The position numbers and the translations under genes were made by a program. Below, in pieces: positions 46,514 to 59,487 of a DNA stretch of 64,000 nucleotides (position 1 is its first letter; each line of letters begins with the position of its first letter). Location of the stretch: assembly GCA_002335175.1 (NCBI GenBank), contig DDCA01000001.1, positions 225,631 to 289,630 on the forward strand. The letters are read 5' to 3'. Under the pieces are notes generated by a model. That model saw nothing but the letters and a program-made list of their open reading frames with translations, did no database searches and was not told the origin of the DNA. This DNA is from Candidatus Saccharibacteria bacterium UBA2018. GTDB taxonomy: Bacteria; Patescibacteriota; Saccharimonadia; Saccharimonadales; Saccharimonadaceae.

Positions 46514-47362
46514 TCATGCAGCTTGCTTCTCGTTCTTAGCCCGGAAACGGTGGGCTGCCACGGCTTTGGAAAGATAATTTAGAAAGTCTTTCTCATAACC
46601 TTCGAGCCTTGAGCCGGTTGTCTCGGCAACTATAAGGGAAATTAGGTAGTTAATCTGGTCGGTAAGGTCCTCGGGGTTATCCAGACGAATTTTTCGAAAG
46701 CCTTTTTCGACGAGGGGCTGCAATGTCAACACCGTAATCCATTCGTCATACGAGCGGGAGGTCTTAATCAACTTTTGCTGAATCGGGATTTTACTGTCAT
46801 TATCGAAAAAATAACTGTCATGATTCAATGAAGCCTCGGCTGACATTTCTTCTCGGGGTGAGGTCGGATAAAGAAGCAAGTCCGGATTTGACGTCCTGGC
46901 GGCAAGCGCTAACACCGCCGTTTCTGCCATACGCCACTGCGGAGGTACATCTACATCAAGGGGCTGCAAGTAGGCCATTGCCCCGCCAAGGCTGCGGTAC
47001 ACGTCACGGCAGTCTTCAGAAGTTACCGTTTCATCAAGACCCCGCTTCTGGAAGACAGGCAGATAAGTAGAGAGGACCAAAGCTCCTAGCAATGTATCCT
47101 GGTGGGTACGGTCGCGGTGCATCAGCATGCCGATAAGGCTTTGAGCATACTGGAAATAATAGGCTCGGCGGTCACTTTCTTCGTCTGTTAACTGATTGAG
47201 ACCCTGTTCGGTATAATTCCAAGCCGAACGAAAAAGACCCTCCGGGTTTCGGCGGGTCTCGTATCGGGCTACGGCAGCCTTGAGTTCCTCCGGTGGAAGA
47301 AACTCTGCAAGCGGTCGCGGGCTACGATTAATATCGATGGATGTTTGTGTTTCGCCTCTCAT
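46514..47362 (-). CDS. hypothetical protein (282 aa), weak PD-(D/E)xK-like motif pattern
   Basis: Uninterrupted ORF. The segment MAETAVLALAAR...LNHDSYFFDNDSKIPIQQKLIKT loosely fits E...D...(Q)xK of restriction-endonuclease-like folds. This is very tentative. Confidence 0.55.
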   Translation of the reverse strand: MRGETQTSIDINRSPRPLAEFLPPEELKAAVARYETRRNPEGLFRSAWNYTEQGLNQLTDEESDRRAYYFQYAQSLIGMLMHRDRTHQDTLLGALVLSTYLPVFQKRGLDETVTSEDCRDVYRSLGGAMAYLQPLDVDVPPQWRMAETAVLALAARTSNPDLLLYPTSPREEMSAEASLNHDSYFFDNDSKIPIQQKLIKTSRSYDEWITVLTLQPLVEKGFRKIRLDNPEDLTDQINYLISLIVAETTGSRLEGYEKDFLNYLSKAVAAHRFRAKNEKQAA

Positions 47363-47403
47363 TTGCCTTAGAGTTTAACAGAAGCATAAAAAGAATGTAA
47401 AGA

Positions 47404-47435
47404 AAAATCCGCTCAAAACACATTGAGCGGATTTT
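47404..47435 (-). terminator. rho-independent terminator of rpsL-rpsG
   Basis: AAAATCCGCTCAA / TTGAGCGGATTTT form a 13-bp stem with a 6-nt loop, followed on the minus strand by TTTTTCTTTACATTCTTTTT. Confidence 0.75.
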
Positions 47436-47451
47436 CTAAGCCTTGGCGGAT

Positions 47452-47931
47452 TTATCCGCGGGCAAAGTGAGCGAAGGCGCGGTTAGCTTCGGCCATCTTA
47501 TGAGTGTCTTCCTTCTTTTTGAAGGCAGCACCGGCTTCGTTGTAAGCATCGACGATTTCGGCAGCCAGGCGCCTTTCGTATGGCATACCCGAACGGGCGC
47601 GAGCCGATTGTACCATCCAGCTGAACGCATAGTGCAACTGGCGGTGACCCTGAACCGGGAACGGTATTTGGTAGTTTGCACCACCAACTCGCCGGCTCTT
47701 CACTTCAAAGTTAGGGCTGACGTTTTTGAGTGCTTTTTCGAATACCTCAAGCGGGTCTTCAGAGTTCAATTTCTTGGCAGCCTGCTCTAGCGCGCTATAA
47801 ACGGCGCGTTCAGCAACGAGCTTCTTGCCGTCAAGCATACTTTTGTTAATGAGCCGCTGCACCATAACACTTTGGTATTTGCGGTCAGGTTTCAGGTCGC
47901 GCTGGAGTTTTTTAGTAACTTTACGTGGCAT
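47452..47931 (-). CDS. rpsG: 30S ribosomal protein S7
   Basis: [48 protein letters not shown]...RRVGGANYQIP. Confidence 0.95.
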   Translation of the reverse strand: MPRKVTKKLQRDLKPDRKYQSVMVQRLINKSMLDGKKLVAERAVYSALEQAAKKLNSEDPLEVFEKALKNVSPNFEVKSRRVGGANYQIPFPVQGHRQLHYAFSWMVQSARARSGMPYERRLAAEIVDAYNEAGAAFKKKEDTHKMAEANRAFAHFARG

Positions 47932-48344
47932 TACTTCTTCTCCTTCTTGCTGCCGTACTTAGATCGGCCTTGGGCACGTTTCTGAACACCCTGAAGGTCA
48001 AGAGCGCCGCGCACAATGTGGTAACGGACACCCGGAAGGTCCGGTACACGTCCGCCACGAACAAGCACGACGGCGTGTTCCTGTAGGTTATGGCCTTCTC
48101 CGCCAATGTAGGCCCAGACTTCCTGTTTGTTGGTCAGACGGACACGGGCTACCTTGCGGAGCGCAGAGTTCGGCTTCTTTGGTGTCTTGGTCGTTACTTT
48201 AATACAGACACCACGCATCAGCGGAGCATTCTGCTCGTAGTAACGGGTTTTTAGTGCGTTATGTATGGTGCCAAGCGCCGGGCTCTTCGATTTTTTCGAA
48301 GCAGTCTTGCGCGGTTTTCGCACTAATTGATTAATCGTTGGCAT
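47931..48344 (-). CDS. rpsL: 30S ribosomal protein S12
   Basis: [13 protein letters not shown]...[17 protein letters not shown]...[17 protein letters not shown]. Confidence 0.96.
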   Translation of the reverse strand: MPTINQLVRKPRKTASKKSKSPALGTIHNALKTRYYEQNAPLMRGVCIKVTTKTPKKPNSALRKVARVRLTNKQEVWAYIGGEGHNLQEHAVVLVRGGRVPDLPGVRYHIVRGALDLQGVQKRAQGRSKYGSKKEKK

Positions 48345-48506
48345 AGGTAATGCAAACTCCCACTTTAGTAATTACTGGTTGATACGATGTTCGCGCTTCA
48401 GCGTACGCTACTAATCGTCTTTGTCTCGTGCCGAAGTTCTTGCTAAAGGAAATTTGGCATGAGATGAAACTCTTAGGACGATTATAGCCTGATTCCTTTA
48501 GTTTGT

Positions 48507-48779
48507 CTACCTCGGCTGCTCATTTTGCGCCACTCGGCGCACAGCTTTTGTCAAAGCACTCAGAGCGGTTCTTGAAGAAGAGTACGACGGAGCGTACCCC
48601 TCAACGGTGACAGCGTGGTTATCTCTCAGGTATTCGACATTGAACTGGCCATACATAAGGTCCCGTTCGCGGGCAAGAGCTCGCCCAATCATGACTGCGA
48701 CCGTTGAGTCGGCCTTAAGGAAGGATACGCCATAGTACCGGTGATCTTGAATATCGAACAATGCTTCATGATCAGCCAT
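48507..48779 (-). CDS. hypothetical 90-aa protein between rpoC and rpsL
   Basis: ORF with a near-consensus promoter placed so that transcription would start at or within about 2 nt of the ATG. No motif recognised. Confidence 0.45.
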   Translation of the reverse strand: MADHEALFDIQDHRYYGVSFLKADSTVAVMIGRALARERDLMYGQFNVEYLRDNHAVTVEGYAPSYSSSRTALSALTKAVRRVAQNEQPR

Positions 48780-48787
48780 ATATCACT

Positions 48788-48817
48788 ATAATACCATATA
48801 TATTGCCATCTTGTCAA
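48788..48817 (-). promoter_or_regulatory. sigma70-like promoter (leaderless-type geometry) for the 48779 gene and possibly rpsL-rpsG
   Basis: The minus strand reads TTGACA-(18 nt)-TATTAT. The -10 ends 8 nt before the ATG at 48779. Confidence 0.5.
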
Positions 48818-48821
48818 TAGC

Positions 48822-48852
48822 AAACACCTCTCCGACATTGGGAGAGGTGTTT
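48822..48852 (-). terminator. rho-independent terminator of rpoBC
   Basis: AAACACCTCTCC / GGAGAGGTGTTT form a 12-bp stem with a 7-nt loop, 15 nt after the rpoC stop. Confidence 0.65.
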
Positions 48853-48866
48853 AGAGCGCAGTTCGC

Positions 48867-51800
48867 CTAGGCTGCGAGATCGGCGTCTTCCGCAACGCCC
48901 TGGTAGTCTTCTTCTTCGACCAGTTCTTTGGCGCCGGTTCCGACCGGAATCTTGCGGCCGATAATGACGTTTTCTTTGAGTCCGTTCAATCGGTCGGCAC
49001 GTCCACTGGTTGCAGCATTAATCAGCACACGGGTCGTGTCCTGGAAGCTTGCCGCGCTGAGCCAGCTGTCGCTCCAAATACTTACCTTGGTGATGCCAAG
49101 GAGCAGCTGGGTGTACTGGATAAGGCTCTTGCCTTCACTGGCAAGGCGTTCGTTGGCGTCGACCACAGCCGCTTTGGAAGCTATGTCGCCCGTTACGAAG
49201 GCACTGTCGCCCGGATCTTCGACTTGCACTCGGCTAAACATCTGGCGAACGATAATCTCCAGGTGCTTGTCGGCAACATCCTGTCCCTGAGCTGCGTAAA
49301 TACGCAGCACTTCGTTAATGATGTAGCGCTGGGTCTCTTCGGTACCTTTTAGCATCATCAGTTGGTGCAGGTTCAATGAACCGATCGTTAGGCGGTCGCC
49401 GGCTTCAACATTGTCACCGGCTTTAACCACCAACTGGGTTGTACCTGGAATTTCGTAACGAACAGGTGCTCCGGCATTAGCCGCGATAACAATCGTGTCT
49501 TCAGCTATTTCGACCACGCCGTCAAATGGCGCAACGAGCGGCTTGGCTTCGCCTTCGGTGGTCGCAAGGACATCACCAACTTTTACGTTGCTGCCCGATT
49601 TGACATTAACCGTGCGGCCTTCCAGCGGTAAGCGCTCAACATGGCCGGCCTCTGGAGTAACCTGAACCACATAGTTACGACCGTCTTCCCAAACGTCTAC
49701 CAGACCGGTGACTTCAGTCACATACGCCTGGCCTTTCGGTGAACGAGCCTCAAACAACTCTTCAACACGCGGCAGACCCTGGGTAATGTCACCACCAGCC
49801 ACACCTGAGGCGTGGAAGGTTCGGAGCGTCAGCTGGGTACCCGGTTCACCGACAGACTGGGCGGCAATCACGCCGACCGGCTGACTCTTGGCGACCAAGC
49901 TTCCCGTTGCCATGTCGATACCGTAGCTTCGCTGTGGGATACCATGGAGGTTCTTGGTTGAGAGTACACTCTGGATTTTTACCTCAGAGATTGAGCTGTC
50001 AGCTTCGATAGCGTCGGCAATCTCGCGGGTAATCAGCTCGTCTTTACCGACGTAACCCGGTACCTCTTCGGCTGTATAACGGCCAAACAAACGGTTTCCA
50101 AATTCAATCATCGTCAAGTCAGACTCGGCGCGGAAAATCGTGAACCCGTCGTCACCGGCTTCATCTTCAACCGTAAAGACGTCTTGTGACACGTCGACCA
50201 AACGGCGGGTTAGGTAACCCGAGTCGGCGGTTTTGAGGGCCGTGTCAATCAGACCCTTACGGGCACCACGGGTGGCGATGAAGGCTTCCAGGCTCGAAAG
50301 ACCTTCGCGGAAAGAGCTTCGGATTGGGAGCTCAATTTCGCGGTTAGTCGCGTCTACCTGGATACCAATCATGGCACTGGCCAGCTTAACGTTTGAAATG
50401 TCACCACGGGCACCACTGTTAACCATGACTGAGATGCTGGTGTCCATCTTAGCTAATTCGTCTTTCAGGAAGTCGGTAACTTGGCCGTCGACGGAGCGCC
50501 AGGCATTAACCGTTAGGTTGTAGCGCTCTTCTTCGGTAATCAACCCTTGGTCGAATTGGTCTGAAATGAGAGCGGTCTTGGCGTCACCTTCGGCAACGAA
50601 GTTCGAAATTTCTTCGAAGTGAACATAATCGTCCTTACCGGTAGAGACGGCGGCGATCGTCGCGAAACGGAATGCAAGGCCCTTCATGCGGTCAGCCGTT
50701 TTGGCAGTCTCTTCGGCGCCATAACGGTCAAAGATGGCCGCCAAAACTTTTTTAAGCTGCTTTTTGCTCTGGACATTGTTGTTGTATGGGAAGTCCTTTG
50801 GAAGGATTTCGTTAAAGAAAACGCGTCCAAGTGTCGTTTCACGGATTTCACCCTTGGCAAAGATCCGAATTGGGCTTTGGAGCTGCAGCTTCTTGTCGTC
50901 ATATGCCATTTCGGCTTCGTAGACAGAACTGTAGACTTTAACATCTTTGGTCTGGGCGCTTGGTTTGTTATACGTCAGGTAGTAGTTCCCTAGGACGACG
51001 TCCTGACCTATGTTTAAGACCGGCGCACCGTCGGCTGGCTTTAGCAAGTTGTTAGTTGCGCTCATCAGCTCACGGGCTTCACGCTGAGCTTCATCTGACA
51101 GAGGCAAGTGGACAGCCATTTGGTCGCCGTCGTAGTCAGCGTTGAATCCGTTCGCGACTAGCGGGTGCAGCTGAATAGCTTTACCTTCAACCAGCTTTGG
51201 CATGAAGGCCTGGATACTAAGCCGGTGAAGGCTCGGTGCACGGTTGAGGAGCACGTACTTGCCTTTAATGACTTCGTCCAGGGCGTCCCACACGAGAGTG
51301 TCACCAGCTTCGATTAATCGGGTTGCGGAGCGGATGTTATGAGCATGCTCACCTCTGATAAGCCAGCTGATAACAAACGGCTTGAACAGTTCAAGCGCCA
51401 TTTGCTTTGGCAGACCACACTGGTCAATCTTTAGCTTTGGACCCACCACAATAACCGAACGGCCAGAGTAGTCAACACGCTTTCCTAGAAGGTTCTGGCG
51501 GAAACGGCCTTGCTTACCCTTTAGCATGTCGCTGATGGACTTCAGGCGTCGGCGGCCACCGGTAGCGTTGACAGCTCGGCCACCGCGGGCAGCAGAGTTG
51601 TCAATCAGGGCATCAACGGCTTCCTGGAGCATTCGCATTTCGTTACGGCGGATGACTTCGGGTGCGTTCAAGTCAACTAATTTTTTCAAACGGTTGTTGC
51701 GGTTAATGACACGGCGGTAAAGGTCGTTTAAGTCAGAGGTTGCGAATCGGCCACCTGTCAGTTGCACCATTGGGCGGAGGTCCGGTGGAATAACTGGCAG

Positions 51801-52690
51801 TACGGTCAGACAGAGGCTGCTTGGTTTAATGCCAGCGGCTTGCATGCCTTCAAGAACCTTCAAACGCTTTAGAAGCTTCTTTTCGCGCTGGCCTTTGGCT
51901 CCAGCTACTTCCTCTGAGAGCTCCTTAATAAGGGTTGGCAGATCAATGGCGTCGAGCATTGCCTTCAAGGCAACGCCACCCATGCCTACTTCTGCCAGCT
52001 CTTCGTACTCTTCCGGCAGGTTGCGGTAATCGGTTTCAGAAATCAGCGCACCTTTACTCAGGCTTTCCAGCTGGGCTTTTTTAGCAAGGTAGCGCTCATC
52101 AAGCTCTTCCGTTTCCTTGGTCTGGGCTTCGGCAAGTGCCTTAACGTCAGCACCTTCGGCTTCGGCTTCCTTTTCATAACGCATCTTAATTGCGGCCCGG
52201 CCGGCTTCTGTTTCGGCTTCAAGGTCGGCTAGCATCTGGTCGCGCTTGGCATCGTCACTCTTCAAAATGACGTAAGTTGCGAAGTAGGCAATCCGTTCGA
52301 GGTTTCGCACGGTTAGCCCGAGCAGCAAGCTCATGGCACTCGGGGTGCCGCGCATAAACCAAATGTGTGCAACGGGAGCGGCCAGGTTGATATGACCCAT
52401 ACGCTCACGGCGGACAATACTCTTGGTAACGAGTTCGCCATTTTTGTCGACGGCTGCTTCACGGGAGCGAACACCCTTTAGTTTATTGTCGTGCGGGTTA
52501 ATGTCCTTAACCGGACCGAAAATACGCTCACAGAACAAGCCGTCGCGTTCCGGTTTTTGGGTACGATAATTAATCGTTTCCGGCTTGGTAACTTCACCAT
52601 GGCTCCATTTCAGAATATCTTCCGGGCTGGCTACGGCCAAGCGGACGGCGTCAAAGTCGGCGATGCCGCTAGTTGCGATTACACGTGTCA

Positions 52691-52691
<1 letters not shown>
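48867..52691 (-). CDS. rpoC: DNA-directed RNA polymerase subunit beta'
   Basis: 1274 aa. NADYDGDQMAVH catalytic motif, bridge helix and trigger loop regions are recognisable. The start overlaps the rpoB stop (TAATG). Confidence 0.97.
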
Positions 52692-56083
<3,392 letters not shown>

Positions 56084-56155
56084 GTGTTATATGTCTCCTC
56101 GCATGAGATTAGGTTGTTGTATTGTGGTGGGCTCCTGAGTATCTACACTGTGCCA

Positions 56156-56189
56156 ATACGCAAAAAGACGCCCGCCCAGGCGTGCGTAT
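56156..56189 (-). promoter_or_regulatory. terminator-like hairpin in the rpoB 5' leader (possible attenuator)
   Basis: The minus strand reads ATACGCA-CGCC..GGCG-TCTTTT-TGCGTAT. This is nested pairing followed by a T-run, between the predicted promoter and the rpoB start. Confidence 0.3.
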
Positions 56190-56225
56190 CAAAAAACACT
56201 GTCTATGCAACCTTCATTGAATCTT

Positions 56226-56254
56226 ATTATGGACAAGTTATCCGACTATGTCAA
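56226..56254 (-). promoter_or_regulatory. sigma70-like promoter for rpoBC
   Basis: The minus strand reads TTGACA-(17 nt)-CATAAT, about 140 nt upstream of the rpoB GTG. Confidence 0.5.
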
Positions 56255-56281
56255 CAATATTTGGCAATGAAGTTTTACATC

Positions 56282-56315
56282 GGTGGGAGCCAGGCTAAAG
56301 CGCCTGGCTCCCACC
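56282..56315. terminator. perfect 14-bp GC-rich hairpin (likely terminator of the upstream minus-strand unit)
   Basis: GGTGGGAGCCAGGC-TAAAGC-GCCTGGCTCCCACC, 8 nt downstream of the 56324 ORF stop. No clean T-tract on either side. Confidence 0.45.
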
Positions 56316-56323
56316 ATGGACGA

Positions 56324-56533
56324 TCAGATTGCTTCGTGGAGGTGGCTGAAGTCCCAGGCCGATGGCCGACGCGAATTCTGGTCCGTATCGGCCGAGATGT
56401 CCTCGGAGATGACCCTCGTCGTTCTGGGGCGGAATGAGGCCGCCAAGCAGCCTCGGCGCAGTGAATCGCGTACAGCGTCAGTATTCAGTGCCTTGATCTC
56501 CAGTGGCTTGTGCCACGCAAACAGATTAGTCAT
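56324..56533 (-). CDS. possible 69-aa protein in a G+C-rich patch (hypothetical)
   Basis: The ATG at 56533 is preceded by GGGAGAAG: MTNLFAWHKPLEIKALNTDAVRDSLRRG... It is followed by the 14-bp hairpin. A plus-strand ORF of similar length overlaps, so coding status is uncertain. Confidence 0.3.
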   Translation of the reverse strand: MTNLFAWHKPLEIKALNTDAVRDSLRRGCLAASFRPRTTRVISEDISADTDQNSRRPSAWDFSHLHEAI

Positions 56534-56613
56534 CGCTTCTCCCTCGGAGCGTGAGTGGGCTAACAGACAATCGTCCGTACGAAATTGTACTCCAGGTGAA
56601 GCAAGTGTCAATA

Positions 56614-57207
56614 CTATGCCTTAGAGACAACTTTGTCTACAAGGCCGTATTTGACCGATTCTTCAGCGCTCATCCAGAAGTCGCGGTCAACGTCTTTCTC
56701 GATTTTACTCAGCTTTTGTCCAGTATTCCGGGCGAGAATTTCGTTCAAGCGCTTTTTCAAGTAGATGCCTTCCCGCAGCGTAATTTCTTGATCGGATATC
56801 TTTCCCTGAGTGCCGCTGGACGGCTGGTGAATCATAGTACGGGCATTCGGCAAAATGAACCGCTTGCCCTTCGTACCGCTCGATAGCAGGAAGGCGCCCA
56901 TACTCGCCTGTAGGCCGATACCAAAGGTTGCGACATCTGGCTTGATGAATTGCATCGTATCATAAATCGCAAGACCGTCGTACACACTACCGCCCGGACT
57001 ATTTATATATAGTTGAATGTCTTTTTGCGGATCTTCATATGCCAGGTGTAGCAGCTGGGCGACGACAAGGTTAGCCGTATGCTCGTTGACTTCCTCACCA
57101 AGGAAGATAATCCGTTCCTTTAAAAGTCGTGAATAGATGTCGAAGGCCCGCTCACCATCACGAGAGCTTTCAACCACTGTAGGGACTAGGTAGCTGCTTG
57201 GTTTCAT
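56614..57207 (-). CDS. clpP: ATP-dependent Clp protease proteolytic subunit
   Basis: [45 protein letters not shown]...MIHQP (Ser-His-Asp triad context). Confidence 0.95.
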   Translation of the reverse strand: MKPSSYLVPTVVESSRDGERAFDIYSRLLKERIIFLGEEVNEHTANLVVAQLLHLAYEDPQKDIQLYINSPGGSVYDGLAIYDTMQFIKPDVATFGIGLQASMGAFLLSSGTKGKRFILPNARTMIHQPSSGTQGKISDQEITLREGIYLKKRLNEILARNTGQKLSKIEKDVDRDFWMSAEESVKYGLVDKVVSKA

Positions 57208-57251
57208 ATAATCAAGTATATATAAAAATTAGCACTCGTGCAATGTGAGTG

Positions 57252-57461
57252 CTAAATATCTTTTAGGCGACCGAACCATTCGCCCAGCTCGTAGTTTGGT
57301 CGTCTCTTTGGCTCAGACGAATTGGGATTGGGATCTAATGGGTAGGCGGCAACATCGACGAAATAGTTGAACCCATTTTGAACCGCGACCATAAGCCCAT
57401 GGAGGAGCTTGGGGTTACGCATTGCTTCCCGCTCTTTTGGCGTTGGTTCCAGGCTAGGCAT
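57252..57461 (-). CDS. possible small hypothetical protein (69 aa)
   Basis: ORF directly upstream of clpP on the same strand. No SD or motif recognised. Confidence 0.3.
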   Translation of the reverse strand: MPSLEPTPKEREAMRNPKLLHGLMVAVQNGFNYFVDVAAYPLDPNPNSSEPKRRPNYELGEWFGRLKDI

Positions 57462-57512
57462 AATGTCATCACTTTAGGCTGGATAGCCTGTATTTTCAAG
57501 CATATCCTTTTA

Positions 57513-57541
57513 TTGACGCTGCTCGCCGGGTCAGGTATGGT
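57513..57541 (+). promoter_or_regulatory. possible promoter with leaderless-type geometry for the 57537/57549 gene
   Basis: TTGACG-(17 nt)-TATGGT. The predicted TSS is about at the ATG at 57549. Confidence 0.35.
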
Positions 57542-58148
57542 ATATGCAATGTTGACAAAAGGCCCAGAGTTTACCCGAAGTAGAGCCGCTCATCATTTCG
57601 ATAACTTATTTCGGCAGCCGGCCAGGGCTGTCCGGCGCATGGTAGAGTTCACGTTGCCGAAACTGGTCAGTATTGCGCCAGATGAACTTATAATTGAGGA
57701 ACCACGTCGTGGGGTCGACGGCTCGATTACGACAATTCGGAAATATCGTACAAAGGACGCTAAAGGCGACTACATATCAACGGCTACGCGGTTGCTAGAA
57801 AAGCTGACTCTTGACGAACTCGCCCAGCTCGACGACCCATCGCACGCCGTATTTGGCCACCGAAGGCTCAATGATGAAGACCACGCTCGTATTTACGGCT
57901 CGGCTATGGACTTTGAAGGCGGAGCCGAACTTTTAGTCGTGCACGAACGGATTGTCGGTCAAGCTGATGCCGGCCACTTCTCTTCCTTTGGCTTCAGGTT
58001 CCATGCGTATGGTGACAACAATGTGATGACGCGCATGGAAGATAATATCCGAGATGTGCGCCAAGATAGCATTCCCTACCGGGTAAACATGTTAGCTACC
58101 GGCACACTCCAAGTGCTTGCACACGAACTAAGATCTATCAAAAATTAG
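57537..58148 (+). CDS. hypothetical protein
   Basis: Long ORF 57378..58148. Its 5' part overlaps the minus ORF and consists of hydrophobic junk. Likely starts are the ATG at 57537 or 57549 (MLTKGPEF...). The stop codon overlaps the tig stop (convergent). Confidence 0.45.
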   Translation: MVYAMLTKGPEFTRSRAAHHFDNLFRQPARAVRRMVEFTLPKLVSIAPDELIIEEPRRGVDGSITTIRKYRTKDAKGDYISTATRLLEKLTLDELAQLDDPSHAVFGHRRLNDEDHARIYGSAMDFEGGAELLVVHERIVGQADAGHFSSFGFRFHAYGDNNVMTRMEDNIRDVRQDSIPYRVNMLATGTLQVLAHELRSIKN

Positions 58149-59431
58149 CTATTTACTTCAGCTAAACGGTCGACGGTTTTCTCGGTCAGCAGCCGATTGG
58201 CAATATCACGCTGAGCTTCAGGTTCGTCGAACCGTTTGACCATATCCGGGTTACTGGCATATTGCTGCTTATAGAGGTTAATGTGGTCTGCAAGCTCATC
58301 AGCCGATGCTTCAATCTTTTCGACCTTGCTTAGTTCGGACAAGACCAAGCCGGCTTGGACGCGCTTGGTTGCCGCAGGAATAACTTCCTTCTCGCGCCAG
58401 TCGTCTTTGTCGCTAAATTTCTTGTTGGTAATATATTGCTCTATGGTCAGGCCCTGGTACATAAGGTTCTGGGTCATGTCTTGCTCGATAGAACGAACCT
58501 GGTCGTCCAGGAGGACTGCAGGGACAGGAACGGTGCTAACGTCAATAAGTTTTGAAACAAGTTCGTCTTTGAAGGTATCGAGTGATTGGCGCTCTTTCTG
58601 ATCGCTCACTTCCCGTTCGATATCCGCTTTTAATTCCTTAAGGGTTTTGAACCGTTTATCGGCTTTTTTGGCGAAATCGTCATTCAGCTCCGGTAATTTT
58701 GCTTCCTTCACTTCCTTCAAAGTAGTCGTAAAGACGACATCTGCGCCAGCCAAATCAGCAACGTGATAATCTTTTGGGAAAGCTAGTTTAAGATCAAATG
58801 TTTCGCCGGTTTTGTGCCCGACTATGCCAGATTCAAAGCCGGGAATAAACGAGTTCGAGCCAAGTTTTAAGGTGTAATCTTTGGCGGTTCCACCGTCAAA
58901 TGCAATATCATCCTTTTTGCCGACAAAATCTATGACGACTTCGTCGCCATCTTTGGCCGCACGATCAACCGAAGCCTTTTCGGCCATCCCTTCGCGCATG
59001 CGGTCGAGAATTTCGCCGACATCTTTGTCGGTTGCTTTTTCTAACTTACGCTTCACGCCAAGTTTCTTGTAGTTACCCAGCTTGATTTGCGGAAGTACTT
59101 CCGCTTCTGCGGTAAATTCCATTTCCTGGCCCGGTACGTACTTTTTAAGCTCGACTGCTGGCCGTTCCAGCGCCTGAATATCTTCGGCTAAAAACGCCTC
59201 AGCAACGGCCTTCGATAGCGCGTCATCCGCTGTCTGCTGTGCCAGTAGAGCTGGATCGACATGCTTAGCGGCAACGCTCGCCGGTACGCGGCCCTTACGA
59301 AAGCCCGGTACTTTTACGTCGCGAGCAAGTTTAGTAAGTGCAACTTGTTCGGCTGCTCCTAGTTCTTCTTTTCCAAGTGTAATTGTCAGAAGCACTTTCG
59401 TGTCCGACACGTGTTTTACGGTCCTCTTCAT
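58145..59431 (-). CDS. tig: trigger factor
   Basis: MKRTVKHVSDTKVLLTITLGKEEL...FRKGRVP (ribosome-binding GFRxGxxP motif), central FKBP-like domain. 428 aa from the ATG at 59431. Confidence 0.9.
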   Translation of the reverse strand: MKRTVKHVSDTKVLLTITLGKEELGAAEQVALTKLARDVKVPGFRKGRVPASVAAKHVDPALLAQQTADDALSKAVAEAFLAEDIQALERPAVELKKYVPGQEMEFTAEAEVLPQIKLGNYKKLGVKRKLEKATDKDVGEILDRMREGMAEKASVDRAAKDGDEVVIDFVGKKDDIAFDGGTAKDYTLKLGSNSFIPGFESGIVGHKTGETFDLKLAFPKDYHVADLAGADVVFTTTLKEVKEAKLPELNDDFAKKADKRFKTLKELKADIEREVSDQKERQSLDTFKDELVSKLIDVSTVPVPAVLLDDQVRSIEQDMTQNLMYQGLTIEQYITNKKFSDKDDWREKEVIPAATKRVQAGLVLSELSKVEKIEASADELADHINLYKQQYASNPDMVKRFDEPEAQRDIANRLLTEKTVDRLAEVNS

Positions 59432-59487
59432 ACAAAGAACCACTATAACAGAGATTGGGCCCCGTGAGTAGGCTCTCTAGCAGGAGC

